Notes under the pieces: generated by a model
Databases searched by the model: none
What the model was told of the DNA's origin: nothing
What the model saw: only the letters and a program-made list of their open reading frames with translations
Source of the DNA: Auanema rhodensis
Lineage: Eukaryota; Animalia; Nematoda
Assembly: GCA_964057225.1 (NCBI GenBank)
Contig: OZ059894.1
Span: 24,428,001 to 24,492,000, forward strand
Direction of reading: 5' to 3'
DNA length: 64,000 bases
Position numbers and translations under genes: made by a program
Part shown: piece by piece, positions 41,761 to 56,800 of the stretch
Layout: every line of letters begins with the position of its first letter
Position numbering within the stretch: position 1 is the first letter of the stretch

Positions 41761-44700
41761 CCATATTAGTCTAAAAACAAATTTTTATTGATATTGGTGC
41801 ATGGTAACCATGACTTTGAAATTTACGTGAACTTTAATTTATGCTAATTAAATGTACACGTGATGTGCACTTGGTATGTAACTCGCTTCACGTGAAAGAT
41901 AAAAAGATGCGGTTTTCAAAATTAAATTTCCCATGTCCATATTAGTCTAAAAACAAATTTTTATTGATATTGGTGCATGGTAACCATGACTTTGAAATTT
42001 ACGTGAACTTTAATTTATGCTAATTAAATGTACACGTGATGTGCACTTGGTATGTAACTCGCTTCACGTGAAAGATAAAGAGATGCGGTTTTCAAAATTA
42101 GATTCCCCATGTCCATATTAGTCTAAAAACAAATTTTTATTGATATTGGTTCATGGTAACCATGACTTTGAAATTTACGTGAACTTTAATTTATGCTAAT
42201 TAAATGTACACGTGATGTGCACTTGGTATGTAACTCGCTTCACGTGAAAGATAAAGAGATGCGGTTTTCAAAATTAGATTCCCCATGTCCATATTAGTCT
42301 AAAAACAAATTTTTATTGATATTGGTGCATGGTAACCATGACTTTGAAATTTACGTGAACTTTAATTTATGCTAATTAAATGTACACGTGATGGGCACTT
42401 GGTATGTAACTCGCTTCACGTGAAAGATAAAGAGATGCGGTTTTCAAAATTAGATTCCCCATGTCCATATTAGTCTAAAAACAAATTTTTATTGATATTG
42501 GTGCATGGTAACCATGACTTTGAAATTTACGTGAATTTTAATTTATGCTAATTAAATGTACACGTGATGTGCACTTGGTATGTAACTAGCTTCACGTGAA
42601 AGATAAAGAGATGCGGTTTTCAAAATTAGATTCCCCATGTCCATATTAGTCTAAAAACAAATTTTTATTGATATTGGTGCATGGTAACCATGACTTTGAA
42701 ATTTACGTGAACTTCAATTTATGCTAATTAAATGTACACGTGATGTGCACTTGGTATGTATTTTGCTTCACGTGAAAGATAAAGAGATGCGGTTTTCAAA
42801 ATTAGATTCCCCATGTCCATATTAGTCTAAAAACAAATTTGTATTGATATTGGTGCATGGTAACCATGACTTTGAAATTTACGTGAACTTTAATTTATGC
42901 TAATTAAATGTACACGTGATGGGCACTTGGTATGTAACTCGCTTCACGTGAAAGATAAAGAGATGCGGTTTTCAAAATTAGATTCCCCATGTCCATATTA
43001 GTCTAAAAACAAATTTTTATTGATATTGGTGCATGGTAACCATGACTTTGAAATTTACGTGAATTTTAATTTATGCTAATTAAATGTACACGTGATGTGC
43101 ACTTGGTATGTAACTAGCTTCACGTGAAAGATAAAGAGATGCGGTTTTCAAAATTAGATTCCCCATGTCCATATTAGTCTAAAAACAAATTTTTATTGAT
43201 ATTGGTGCATGGTAACCATGACTTTGAAATTTACGTGAACTTCAATTTATGCTAATTAAATGTACACGTGATGTGCACTTGGTATGTAACTAGCTTCACG
43301 TGAAAGATAAAGAGATGCGGTTTTCAAAATTAGATTCCCCATGTCCATATTAGTCTAAAAACAAATTTTTATTGATATTGGTGCATGGTAACCATGACTT
43401 TGAAATTTACGTGAACTTCAATTTATGCTAATTAAATGTACACGTGATGTGCACTTGGTATGTAACTAGCTTCACGTGAAAGATAAAGAGATGCGGTTTT
43501 CAAAATTAGATTCCCCATGTCCATATTAGTCTAAAAACAAATTTTTATTGATATTGGTGCATGGTAACCATGACTTTGAAATTTACGTGAACTTTAATTT
43601 ATGCTAATTAAATGTACACGTGATGTGCACTTGGTATGTAACTCGCTTCACGTGAAAGATAAAGAGATGCGGTTTTCAAAATTAGATTCCCCATGTCCAT
43701 ATTAGTCTAAAAACAAATTTTTATTGATATTGGTGCATGGTAACCATGACTTTGAAATTTACGTGAACTTCAATTTATGCTAATTAAATGTACACGTGAT
43801 GTGCACTTGGTATGTAACTCGCTTCACGTGAAAGATAAAGAGATGCGGTTTTCAAAATTAGATTCCCCATGTCCATATTAGTCTAAAAACAAATTTTTAT
43901 TGATATTGGTGCATGGTAACCATGACTTTGAAATTTACGTGAACTTTAATTTATGCTAATTAAATGTACACGTGATGTGCACTTGGTATGTAACTCGCTT
44001 CACGTGAAAGATAAAGAGATGCGGTTTTCAAAATTAGATTCCCCATGTCCATATTAGTCTAAAAACAAATTTTTATTGATATTGGTTCATGATAACCATG
44101 ACTTTGAAATTTACGTGAACTTTAATTTATGCTAATTAAATGTACACTTGATGTGCACTTGGTATGTAACTAGCTTCACGTGAAAGATAAAGAGATGCGG
44201 TTTTCAAAATTAGATTCCCCATGTCCATATTAGTCTAAAAACAAATTTTTATTGATATTGGTGCATGGTAACCATGACTTTGAAATTTACGTGAACTTCA
44301 ATTTATGCTAATTAAATGTACACGTGATGTGCACTTGGTATGTAACTCGCTTCACGTGAAAGATAAAGAGATGCGGTTTTCAAAATTAGATTCCCCATGT
44401 CCATATTAGTCTAAAAACAAATTTTTATTGATATTGGTGCATGGTAACCATGACTTTGAAATTTACGTGAACTTTAATTTATGCTAATTAAATGTACACG
44501 TGATGTGCACTTGGTATGTAACTCGCTTCACGTGAAAGATAAAGAGATGCGGTTTTCAAAATTAGATTCCCCATGTCCATATTAGTCTAAAAACAAATTT
44601 TTATTGATATTGGTTAATGGTAACCATGACTTTGAAATTTACGTGAACTTCAATTTATGCTAATTAAATGTACACGTGATGTGCACTTGGTATGTAACTC

Positions 44701-46799
44701 GCTTCACGTGAAAGATAAAGAGATGCGGTTTGCAAAATTAGATTCCCCATGTCCATATTAGTCTAAAAACAAATTTTTATTGATATTGGTTCATGGTAAC
44801 CATGACTTTGAAATTTACGTGAACTTTAATTTATGCTAATTAAATGTACACGTGATGTGCACTTGGAATGTAACTCGCTTCACGTGAAAGATAAAGAGAT
44901 GCGGTTTTCAAAATTAGATTCCCCATGTCCATATTAGTCTAAAAACAAATTTTTATTGATATTGGTTCATGGTAACCATGACTTTGAAATTTACGTGAAC
45001 TTCAATTTATGCTAATTAAATGTACACGTGATGTGCACTTGGTATGTAACTCGCTTCACGTGAAAGATAAAGAGATGCGGTTTTCAAAATTAGATTCCCC
45101 ATGTCCATATTAGTCTAAAAACAAATTTTTATTGATATTGGTGCATGGTAACCATGACTTTGAAATTTACGTGAACTTTAATTTATGCTAATTAAATGTA
45201 CACGTGATGTGCACTTGGTATGTAACTCGCTTCACGTGTAAGATAAAGAGATGCGGTTTTCAAAATTAGATTCCCCATGTCCATATTAGTCTAAAAACAA
45301 ATTTTTATTGATATTGGTTCATGGTAACCATGACTTTGAAATTTACGTGAACTTTAATTTATGCTAATTAAATGTACACGTGATGTGCACTTGGTATGTA
45401 ACTCGCTTCACGTGAAAGATAAAGAGATGCGGTTTTCAAAATTAGATTCCCCATGTTCATATTAGTCTAAAAACAAATTTTTATTGATATTGGTGCATGG
45501 TAACCATGACTTTGAAATTTACGTGAACTTTAATTTATGCTAATTAAATGTACACGTGATGTGCACTTGGTATGTAACTCGCTTCACGTGAAAGATAAAG
45601 AGATGCGGTTTTCAAAATTAGATTCCCCATGTCCATATTAGTCTAAAAACAAATTTTTATTGATATTGGTTCATGGTAACCATGACTTTGAAATTTACGT
45701 GAACTTTAATTTATGCTAATTAAATGTACACGTGATGTGCACTTGGTATGTAACTCGCTTCACGTGTAAGATAAAGAGATGCGGTTTTCAAAATTAGATT
45801 CCCCATGTCCATATTAGTCTAAAAACAAATTTTTATTGATATTGGTGCATGGTAACCATGACTTTGAAATTTACGTGAACTTTAATTTATGCTAAATAAA
45901 TGTACACGTGATGTGCACTTGGTATGTAACTCGCTTCACGTGAAAGATAAAGTGATGCGGTTTTCAAAATTAGATTCCACATGTCCATATTAGTCTAAAA
46001 ACAAATTTTTATTGATATTGGTTCATGGTAACCATGACTTTGAAATTTACGTGAACTTTAATTTATGCTAATTAAATGTACACGTGATGTGCACTTGGTA
46101 TGTAACTCGCTTCAAGTGAAAGATAAAGAGATGCGGTTTTCAAAATTTGATTCCCCATGTCCATATTAGTCTAGAAACAAACTTTTATTGATATTGGTTC
46201 ATGGTAACCATGACTTTGAAATTTACGTGAACTTTAATTTATGCTAATTAAATGTACACGTGATGTGCACTTGGTATGTAACTCGCTTCACGTGAAAGAT
46301 AAAGAGATGCGGTTTTCAAAATTAGATTCCCCATGTTCATATTAGTCTAAAAACAAATTTTTATTGATATTGGTGCATGGTAACCATGACTTTGAAATTT
46401 ACGTGAACTTTAATTTATGCTAATTAAATGTACACGTGATGTGCACTTGGTATGTAACTCGCTTCACGTGAAAGATAAAGAGATGCGGTTTTCAAAATTA
46501 GATTCCCCATGTCCATATTAGTCTAAAAACAAATTTTTATTGATATTGGTGCATGGTAACCATGACTTTGAAATTTACGTGAACTTTAATTTATGCTAAT
46601 TAAATGTACACGTGATGTGCACTTGGTATGTAACTCGCTTCACGTGAAAGATAAAGAGATGCGGTTTTCAAAATTAGATTCCCCATGTCCATATTAGTCT
46701 AAAAACAAATTTTTATTGATATTGGTGCATGGTAACCATGACTTTGAAATTTACGTGAACTTTAATTTATGCTAATTAAATGTACACGTGATGTGCACT

Positions 46800-49700
46800 T
46801 GGTATGTAACTCGCTTCACGTGAAAGATAAAGAGATGCGGTTTTCAAAATTAGATTCCCCATGTCCATATTAGTCTAAAAACAAATTTTTATTGATATTG
46901 GTTCATGATAACCATGACTTTGAAATTTACGTGAACTTTAATTTATGCTAATTAAATGTACACGTGATGTGCACTTGGTATGTAACTCGCTTCACGTGAA
47001 AGATAAAGAGATGCGGTTTTCAAAATTAGATTCCCCATGTTCATATTAGTCTAAAAACAAATTTTTATTGATATTGGTGCATGGTAACCATGACTTTGAA
47101 ATTTACGTGAACTTTAATTTATGCTAATTAAATGTACACGTGATGTGCACTTGGTATGTAACTCGCTTCACGTGAAAGATAAAGAGATGCGGTTTTCAAA
47201 ATTAGATTCCCCATGTCCATATTAGTCTAAAAACAAATTTTTATTGATATTGGTTCATGGTAACCATGACTTTGAAATTTACGTGAACTTTAATTTATGC
47301 TAATTAAATGTACACGTGATGTGCACTTGGTATGTAACTGGCTTCACGTGAAAGATAAAGAGATGCGGTTTTCAAAATTAGATTCCCCATGTCCATATTA
47401 GTCTAAAAACAAATTTTTATTGATATTGGTTCATGGTAACCATGACTTTGAAATTTACGTGAACTTTAATTTATGCTAATTAAATGTACACGTGATGTGC
47501 ACTTGGTATGTAACTCGCTTCACGTGAAAGATAAAGAGATGCGGTTTTCAAAATTAGATTCCCCATGTCCATATTAGTCTAAAAACAAATTTTTATTGAT
47601 ATTGGTGCATGGTAACCATGACTTTGAAATTTACGTGAACTTTAATTTATGCTAATTAAATGTACACGTGATGTGCACTTGGTATGTAACTCGCTTCACG
47701 TGAAAGATAGAGAGATGCGGTTTTCAACATTAGATTCCCCATGTCCATATTAGTCTAAAAACAAATTTTTATTGATATTGGTGCATGGTAACCATGACTT
47801 TGAAATTTACGTGAACTTTAATTTATGCTAATTAAATGTACACGTGATGTGCACTTGGTATGTAACTCGCTTCACGTGAAAGATAAAGAGATGCGGTTTT
47901 CAAAATTAGATTCCTCATGTCCATATTAGTCTAAAAACAAATTTTTATTGATATTGGTTCATGGTAACCATGACTTTGAAATTTACGTGAACTTTGATTT
48001 ATGCTAATTAAATGTACACGTGATGTGCACTTGGTATGTAACTCGCTTCACGTGAAAGATAAAGAGATGCGGTTTTCAAAATTAGATTCCCCATGTCCAT
48101 ATTAGTCTAAAAACAAATTTTTATTGATATTGGTGCATGGTAACCATGACTTTGAAATTTACGTGAACTTTAATTTATGCTAATTAAATGTACACGTGAT
48201 GTGCACTTGGTATGTAACTCGCTTCACGTGAAAGATAAAGAGATGCGGTTTTCAAAATTAGATTCCCCATGTCCATATTAGTCTAAAAACAAATTTTTAT
48301 TGATATTGGTGCATGGTAACCATGACTTTGAAATTTACGTGAACTTTAATTTATGCTAATTAAATGTACACGTGATGTGCACTTGGTATGTAACTCGCTT
48401 CACGTGAAAGATAAAGAGATGCGGTTTTCAAAATTAGATTCCCCATGTCCATATTAGTCTAAAAACAAATTTTTATTGATATTGGTTCATGATAACCATG
48501 ACTTTGAAATTTACGTGAACTTTAATTTATGCTAATTAAATGTACACGTGAGGTGCACTTGGTATGTAACTCGCTTCACGTGAAAGATAAAGAGATGCGG
48601 TTTTCAAAATTAGATTCCCCATGTCCAGATTAGTCTAAAAACAAATTTTTATTGATATTGGTTCATGATAACCATGACTTTGAAATTTACGTGAACTTTA
48701 ATTTATGCTAATTAAATGTACACGTGAGGTGCACTTGGTATGTAACTCGCTTCACGTGAAAGATAAAGAGATGCGGTTTTCAAAATTAGATTCCCCATGT
48801 TCATATTAGTCTAAAAACAAATTTTTATTGATATTGGTGCATGGTAACCATGACTTTGAAATTTACGTGAACTTTAATTTATGCTAATTAAATGTACACG
48901 TGATGTGCACTTGGTATGTAACTCGCTTCACGTGAAAGATAAAGAGATGCGGTTTTCAAAATTAGATTCCCCATGTCCATATTAGTCTAAAAACAAATTT
49001 TTATTGATATTGGTTCATGGTAACCATGACTTTGAAATTTACGTGAACTTTAATTTATGCTAATTAAATGTACACGTGATGTGCACTTGGTATGTAACTC
49101 GCTTCACGTGAAAGATAAAGAGATGCGGTTTTCAAAATTAGATTCCCCATGTCCATATTAGTCTAAAAACAAATTTTTATTGATATTGGTTCATGGTAAC
49201 CATGACTTTGAAATTTACGTGAACTTTAATTTATGCTAATTAAATGTACACGTGATGTGCACTTGGTATGTAACTCGCTTCACGTGGAAGATAAAGAGAT
49301 GCGGTTTTCAAAATTAGATTCCCCATGTCCATATTAGTCTAAAAACAAATTTTTATTGATATTGGTGCATGGTAACCATGACTTTGAAATTTACGTGAAC
49401 TTTAATTTATGCTAATTAAATGTACACGTGATGTGCACTTGGTATGTAACTCGCTTCACGTGAAAGATAGAGAGATGCGGTTTTCAACATTAGATTCCCC
49501 ATGTCCATATTAGTCTAAAAACAAATTTTTATTGATATTGGTGCATGGTAACCATGACTTTGAAATTTACGTGAACTTTAATTTATGCTAATTAAATGTA
49601 CACGTGATGTGCACTTGGTATGTAACTCGCTTCACGTGAAAGATAAAGAGATGCGGTTTTCAAAATTAGATTCCTCATGTCCATATTAGTCTAAAAACAA

Positions 49701-49800
49701 ATTTTTATTGATATTGGTTCATGGTAACCATGACTTTGAAATTTACGTGAACTTTGATTTATGCTAATTAAATGTACACGTGATGTGCACTTGGTATGTA
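46800..49800. repeat. Duplication with 10-monomer (1760 bp) offset; boundaries approximate
   Basis: GATAACC 46908/48668, TTCAT 47041/48801, GATAGAG 47710/49470 and TTTGATTT 47996/49756. Confidence 0.82.
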
Positions 49801-49949
49801 ACTCGCTTCACGTGAAAGATAAAGAGATGCGGTTTTCAAAATAAGATTCCCCATGTCCATATTAGTCTAAAAACAAATTTTTATTGATATTGGTGCATGG
49901 TAACCATGACTTTGAAATTTACGTGAACTTTAATTTATGCTAATTAATT

Positions 49950-52900
49950 GTACACGTGATGTGCACTTGGTATGTAACTCGCTTCACGTGAAAGATAAAG
50001 AGATGCGGTTTTCAAAATGAGATTCCCCATGTCCATATTAGTCCAAAAACAATTTTTTATTGATATTGGTGCATGGTAACCATGACTTTGAAATTTACGT
50101 GAACTTTAATTCATGCTAATTAAATGTACACGTGATGTGCACTTGGTATGTAACTCGCTTCACGTGAAAGATAAAGAGATGCGGTTTTCAAAATTTGATT
50201 CCCCATGTCCATATTAGTCTAAAAACAAATTTTCATTGATATTGGTTCATGGTAACCATGACTTTGAAATTTACGTGAACTTTAATTTATGCTAATTAAA
50301 TGTACACGTGATGTGCACTTGGTATGTAACTCGCTTCACGTGAAAGATAAAGAGATGCGGTTTTCAAAATTAGATTCATCATGTCCATATTAGTCTAAAA
50401 ACAAATTTTTATTGATATTGGTGCATGGTAACCATGACTTTGAAATTTACGTGAACTTTAATTTATGCTTATTAAATGTACACGTGATGTGCACTTGGTA
50501 TGTAACTCGCTTCACGTGAAAGATAAAGAGATGCGGTTTTCAAAATTAGACTCCCCATGTACATATTAGTCTAAAAACAAATTTTTATTGATATTGGTTC
50601 ATGGTAACCATGACTTTGAAATTTACGTGAACTTTAATTTATGCTAATTAAATGTACACGTGATGTGCACTTGGTATGTAACTCGCTTCACGTGAAAGAT
50701 AAAGAGATGCGGTTTTCAAAATTAGATTCCCCATGTCCATATTAGTCTAAAAACAAATTTTTATTGATATTGGTGCATGGTAACCATGACTTTGAAATTT
50801 ACGTGAACTTTAATTTATGCTAATTAAATGTACACGTGATGTGCACTTGGTATGTAACTCGCTTCACGTGAAAGATAAAGAGATGCGGTTTTCAAAATTA
50901 GATTCCCCATGTCCATATTAGTCTAAAAACAAATTTTTATTGATATTGGTGCATGGTAACCATGACTTTGAAATTTACGTGAACTTTAATTTATGCTAAT
51001 TAAATGTACACGTGATGTGCACTTGGTATGTAACTCGCTTCACGTGAAAGATAAAGAGATGCGGTTTTCAAAATTAAATTTCCCATGTCCATATTAGTCT
51101 AAAAACAAATTTTTATTGATATTGGTGCATGGTAACCATGACTTTGAAATTTACGTGAACTTTAATTTATGCTAATTAAATGTACACGTGATGTGCACTT
51201 GGTATGTAACTCGCTTCACGTGAAAGATAAAGAGATGCGGTTTTCAAAATTAGATTCCCCATGTCCATATTAGTCTAAAAACAAATTTTTATTGATATTG
51301 GTTCATGGTAACCATGACTTTGAAATTTACGTGAACTTTAATTTATGCTAATTAAATGTACACGTGATGTGCACTTGGTATGTAACTCGCTTCACGTGAA
51401 AGATAAAGAGATGCGGTTTTCAAAATTAGATTCCCCATGTCCATATTAGTCTAAAAACAAATTTTTATTAATATTGGTTCATGGTAACCATGACTTTGAA
51501 ATTTACGTGAACTTTAATTTATGCTAATTAAATGTACACGTGATGTGCACTCGGTATGTAACTCGCTTCACGTGAAAGATAAAGAGATGCGGTTTTCAAA
51601 ATTAGATTCCCCATGTCCATATTAGTCTAAAAACAAATTTTTATTGATATTGGTTCATGGTAACCATGACTTTGAAATTTACGTGAACTTTAATTTATGC
51701 TAATTAAATGTACACGTGATGTGCACTTGGTATGTAACTCGCTTCATGTGAAAGATAAAGAGATGCGGTTTTCAAAATTAGATTCCCCATGTCCATATTA
51801 GTCTAAAAACAAATTTTTATTGATATTGGTGCATGGTAACCATGACTTTGAAATTTACGTGAACTTTAATTTATGCTAATTAAATGTACACGTGATGTGC
51901 ACTTGGTATGTAACTCGCTTCACGTGAAAGATAAAGAGATGCGGTTTTCAAAATGAGATTCCCCATGTCCATATTAGTCCAAAAACAATTTTTTATTGAT
52001 ATTGGTGCATGGTAACCATGACTTTGAAATTTACGTGAACTTTAATTCATGCTAATTAAATGTACACGTGATGTGCACTTGGTATGTAACTCGCTTCACG
52101 TGAAAGATAAAGAGATGCGGTTTTCAAAATTTGATTCCCCATGTCCATATTAGTCTAAAAACAAATTTTCATTGATATTGGTTCATGGTAACCATGACTT
52201 TGAAATTTACGTGAACTTTAATTTATGCTAATTAAATGTACACGTGATGTGCACTTGGTATGTAACTCGCTTCACGTGAAAGATAAAGAGATGCGGTTTT
52301 CAAAATTAGATTCATCATGTCCATATTAGTCTAAAAACAAATTTTTATTGATATTGGTGCATGGTAACCATGACTTTGAAATTTACGTGAACTTTAATTT
52401 ATGCTTATTAAATGTACACGTGATGTGCACTTGGTATGTAACTCGCTTCACGTGAAAGATAAAGAGTTGCGGTTTTCAAAATTAGACTCCCCATGTACAT
52501 ATTAGTCTAAAAACAAATTTTTATTGATATTGGTTCATGGTAACCATGACTTTGAAATTTACGTGAACTTTAATTTATGCTAATTAAATGTACACGTGAT
52601 GTGCACTTGGTATGTAACTCGCTTCACGTGAAAGATAAAGAGATGCGGTTTTCAAAATTAGATTCCCCATGTCCATATTAGTCTAAAAACAAATTTTTAT
52701 TGATATTGGTGCATGGTAACCATGACTTTGAAATTTACGTGAACTTTAATTTATGCTAATTAAATGTACACGTGATGTGCACTTGGTATGTAACTCGCTT
52801 CACGTGAAAGATAAAGAGATGCGGTTTTCAAAATTAGATTCCCCATGTCCATATTAGTCTAAAAACAAATTTTTATTGATATTGGTGCATGGTAACCATG

Positions 52901-53850
52901 ACTTTGAAATTTACGTGAACTTTAATTTATGCTAATTAAATGTACACGTGATGTGCACTTGGTATGTAACTCGCTTCACGTGAAAGATAAAGAGATGCGG
53001 TTTTCAAAATTAAATTTCCCATGTCCATATTAGTCTAAAAACAAATTTTTATTGATATTGGTGCATGGTAACCATGACTTTGAAATTTACGTGAACTTTA
53101 ATTTATGCTAATTAAATGTACACGTGATGTGCACTTGGTATGTAACTCGCTTCACGTGAAAGATAAAGAGATGCGGTTTTCAAAATTAGATTCCCCATGT
53201 CCATATTAGTCTAAAAACAAATTTTTATTGATATTGGTTCATGGTAACCATGACTTTGAAATTTACGTGAACTTTAATTTATGCTAATTAAATGTACACG
53301 TGATGTGCACTTGGTATGTAACTCGCTTCACGTGAAAGATAAAGAGATGCGGTTTTCAAAATTAGATTCCCCATGTCCATATTAGTCTAAAAACAAATTT
53401 TTATTAATATTGGTTCATGGTAACCATGACTTTGAAATTTACGTGAACTTTAATTTATGCTAATTAAATGTACACGTGATGTGCACTCGGTATGTAACTC
53501 GCTTCACGTGAAAGATAAAGAGATGCGGTTTTCAAAATTAGATTCCCCATGTCCATATTAGTCTAAAAACAAATTTTTATTGATATTGGTTCATGGTAAC
53601 CATGACTTTGAAATTTACGTGAACTTTAATTTATGCTAATTAAATGTACACGTGATGTGCACTTGGTATGTAACTCGCTTCATGTGAAAGATAAAGAGAT
53701 GCGGTTTTCAAAATTAGATTCCCCATGTCCATATTAGTCTAAAAACAAATTTTTATTGATATTGGTGCATGGTAACCATGACTTTGAAATTTACGTGAAC
53801 TTTAATTTATGCTAATTAAATGTACACGTGATGTGCACTTGGTATGTAAC
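49950..53850. repeat. Tandem duplication of an 11-monomer (1936 bp) block; boundaries approximate
   Basis: AAATGAG 50019/51955, TTTCATTG 50234/52170, TTATTAAT 51470/53406 and TTCATGTG 51747/53683 are offset by 1936. Confidence 0.9.
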
Positions 53851-56800
53851 TCGCTTCACGTGAAAGATAAAGAGATGCGGTTTTCAAAATTAGATTCCCC
53901 ATGTCCATATTAGTCTAAAAACAAATTTTTATTGATATTGGTGCATGGTAACCATGACTTTGAAATTTACGTGAACTTCAATTTATGCTAATTAAATGTA
54001 CACGTGATGTGCACTTGGTATGTAACTCGCTTCACGTGAAAGATAAAGAGATGCGGTTTTCAAAATTAGATTCCCTATGTCCATATTAGTCTAAAAACAA
54101 ATTTTTACTGATATTGGTTCATGGTAACCATGACTTTGAAATTTACGTGAACTTTAATTTATGCTAATTAAATGTACACGTGATGTGCACTTGGTATGTA
54201 ACTCGCTTCACGTGAAAGATAAAGAGATGCGGTTTTCAAAATTAGATTCCCCATGTCCATATTAGTCTAAAAACAAATTTTTATTGATATTGGTGCATGG
54301 TAACCATGACTTTGAAATTTACGTGAACTTTAATTTATTCTAATTAAATGTACACGTGATGTGCCCTTGGTTTGTAACTCGCTTCACGTGAAAGATAAAG
54401 AGATGCGGTTTTCAAAATTAGATTCCCCACGTCCATATTAGTCTAAAAACAAATTTTTATTGATATTGGTGCATGGTAACCATGACTTTGAAATTTACGT
54501 GAACTTTAATTTATGCTAATTAAATGTACACGTGATGTGCACTTGGTATGTAACTCGCTTCACGTGAAAGATAAAGAGATGCGGTTTTCAAAATTAAATT
54601 TCCCATGTCCATATCAGTCTAAAAACAAATTTTTATTGATATTGGTGCATGGTAACCATGACTTTGAAATTTACGTGAACTTTAATTTATGCTAATTAAA
54701 TGTACACGTGATGTGCACTTGGTATGTAACTCGCTTCACGTGAAAGATAAAGAGATGCGGTTTTCAAAATTAGATTCCCCATGTCCATATTAGTCTAAAA
54801 ACAAATTTTTATTGATATTGGTTCATGGTAACCATGACTTTGAAATTTACGTGAACTTTAATTTATGCTAATTAAATGTACACGTGATGTGCACTTGGTA
54901 TGTAACTCGCTTCACGTGAAAGATAAAGAGATGCGGTTTTCAAAATTAGATTCCCCATGTCCATATTAGTCTAAAAACAAATTTTTATTGATATTGGTTC
55001 ATGGTAACCATGACTTTGAAATTTACGTGAACTTTAATTTATGCTAATTAAATGTACACGTGATGTGCACTTGGTATGTAACTCGCTTCACGTGAAAGAT
55101 AAAGAGATGCGGTTTTCAAAATTAGATTCCCCATGTCCATATTAGTCTAAAAACAAATTTTTATTGATATTGGTTCATGGTAACCATGACTTTGAAATTT
55201 ACGTGAACTTTAATTTATGCTAATTAAATGTACACGTGATGTGCACTTGGTATGTAACTCGCTTCACGTGAAAGATAAAGAGATGCGGTTTTCAAAATTA
55301 GATTCCCCATGTCCATATTAGTCTAAAAACAAATTTTTATTGATATTGGTGCATGGTAACCATGACTTTGAAATTTACGTGAACTTTAATTTATGCTAAT
55401 TAAATGTACACGTGATGTGCACTTGGTATGTAACTCGCTTCACGTGAAAGATAAAAAGATGCGGTTTTCAAAATTAAATTTCCCATGTCCATATTAGTCT
55501 AAAAACAAATTTTTATTGATATTGGTGCATGGTAACCATGACTTTGAAATTTACGTGAACTTTAATTTATGCTAATTAAATGTACACGTGATGTGCACTT
55601 GGTATGTAACTCGCTTCACGTGAAAGATAAAGAGATGCGGTTTTCAAAATTAGATTCCCCATGTCCATATTAGTCTAAAAACAAATTTTTATTGATATTG
55701 GTTCATGGTAACCATGACTTTGAAATTTACGTGAACTTTAATTTATGCTAATTAAATGTACACGTGATGTGCACTTGGTATGTAACTCGCTTCACGTGAA
55801 AGATAAAGAGATGCGGTTTTCAAAATGAGATTCCCCATGTCCATATTAGTCCAAAAACAATTTTTTATTGATATTGGTGCATGGTAACCATGACTTTGAA
55901 ATTTACGTGAACTTTAATTCATGCTAATTAAATGTACACGTGATGTGCACTTGGTATGTAACTCGCTTCACGTGAAAGATAAAGAGATGCGGTTTTCAAA
56001 ATTTGATTCCCCATGTCCATATTAGTCTAAAAACAAATTTTCATTGATATTGGTTCATGGTAACCATGACTTTGAAATTTACGTGAACTTTAATTTATGC
56101 TAATTAAATGTACACGTGATGTGCACTTGGTATGTAACTCGCTTCACGTGAAAGATAAAGAGATGCGGTTTTCAAAATTAGATTCATCATGTCCATATTA
56201 GTCTAAAAACAAATTTTTATTGATATTGGTGCATGGTAACCATGACTTTGAAATTTACGTGAACTTTAATTTATGCTTATTAAATGTACACGTGATGTGC
56301 ACTTGGTATGTAACTCGCTTCACGTGAAAGATAAAGAGTTGCGGTTTTCAAAATTAGACTCCCCATGTACATATTAGTCTAAAAACAAATTTTTATTGAT
56401 ATTGGTTCATGGTAACCATGACTTTGAAATTTACGTGAACTTTAATTTATGCTAATTAAATGTACACGTGATGTGCACTTGGTATGTAACTCGCTTCACG
56501 TGAAAGATAAAGAGATGCGGTTTTCAAAATTAGATTCCCCATGTCCATATTAGTCTAAAAACAAATTTTTATTGATATTGGTGCATGGTAACCATGACTT
56601 TGAAATTTACGTGAACTTTAATTTATGCTAATTAAATGTACACGTGATGTGCACTTGGTATGTAACTCGCTTCACGTGAAAGATAAAGAGATGCGGTTTT
56701 CAAAATTAGATTCCCCATGTCCATATTAGTCTAAAAACAAATTTTTATTGATATTGGTGCATGGTAACCATGACTTTGAAATTTACGTGAACTTTAATTT

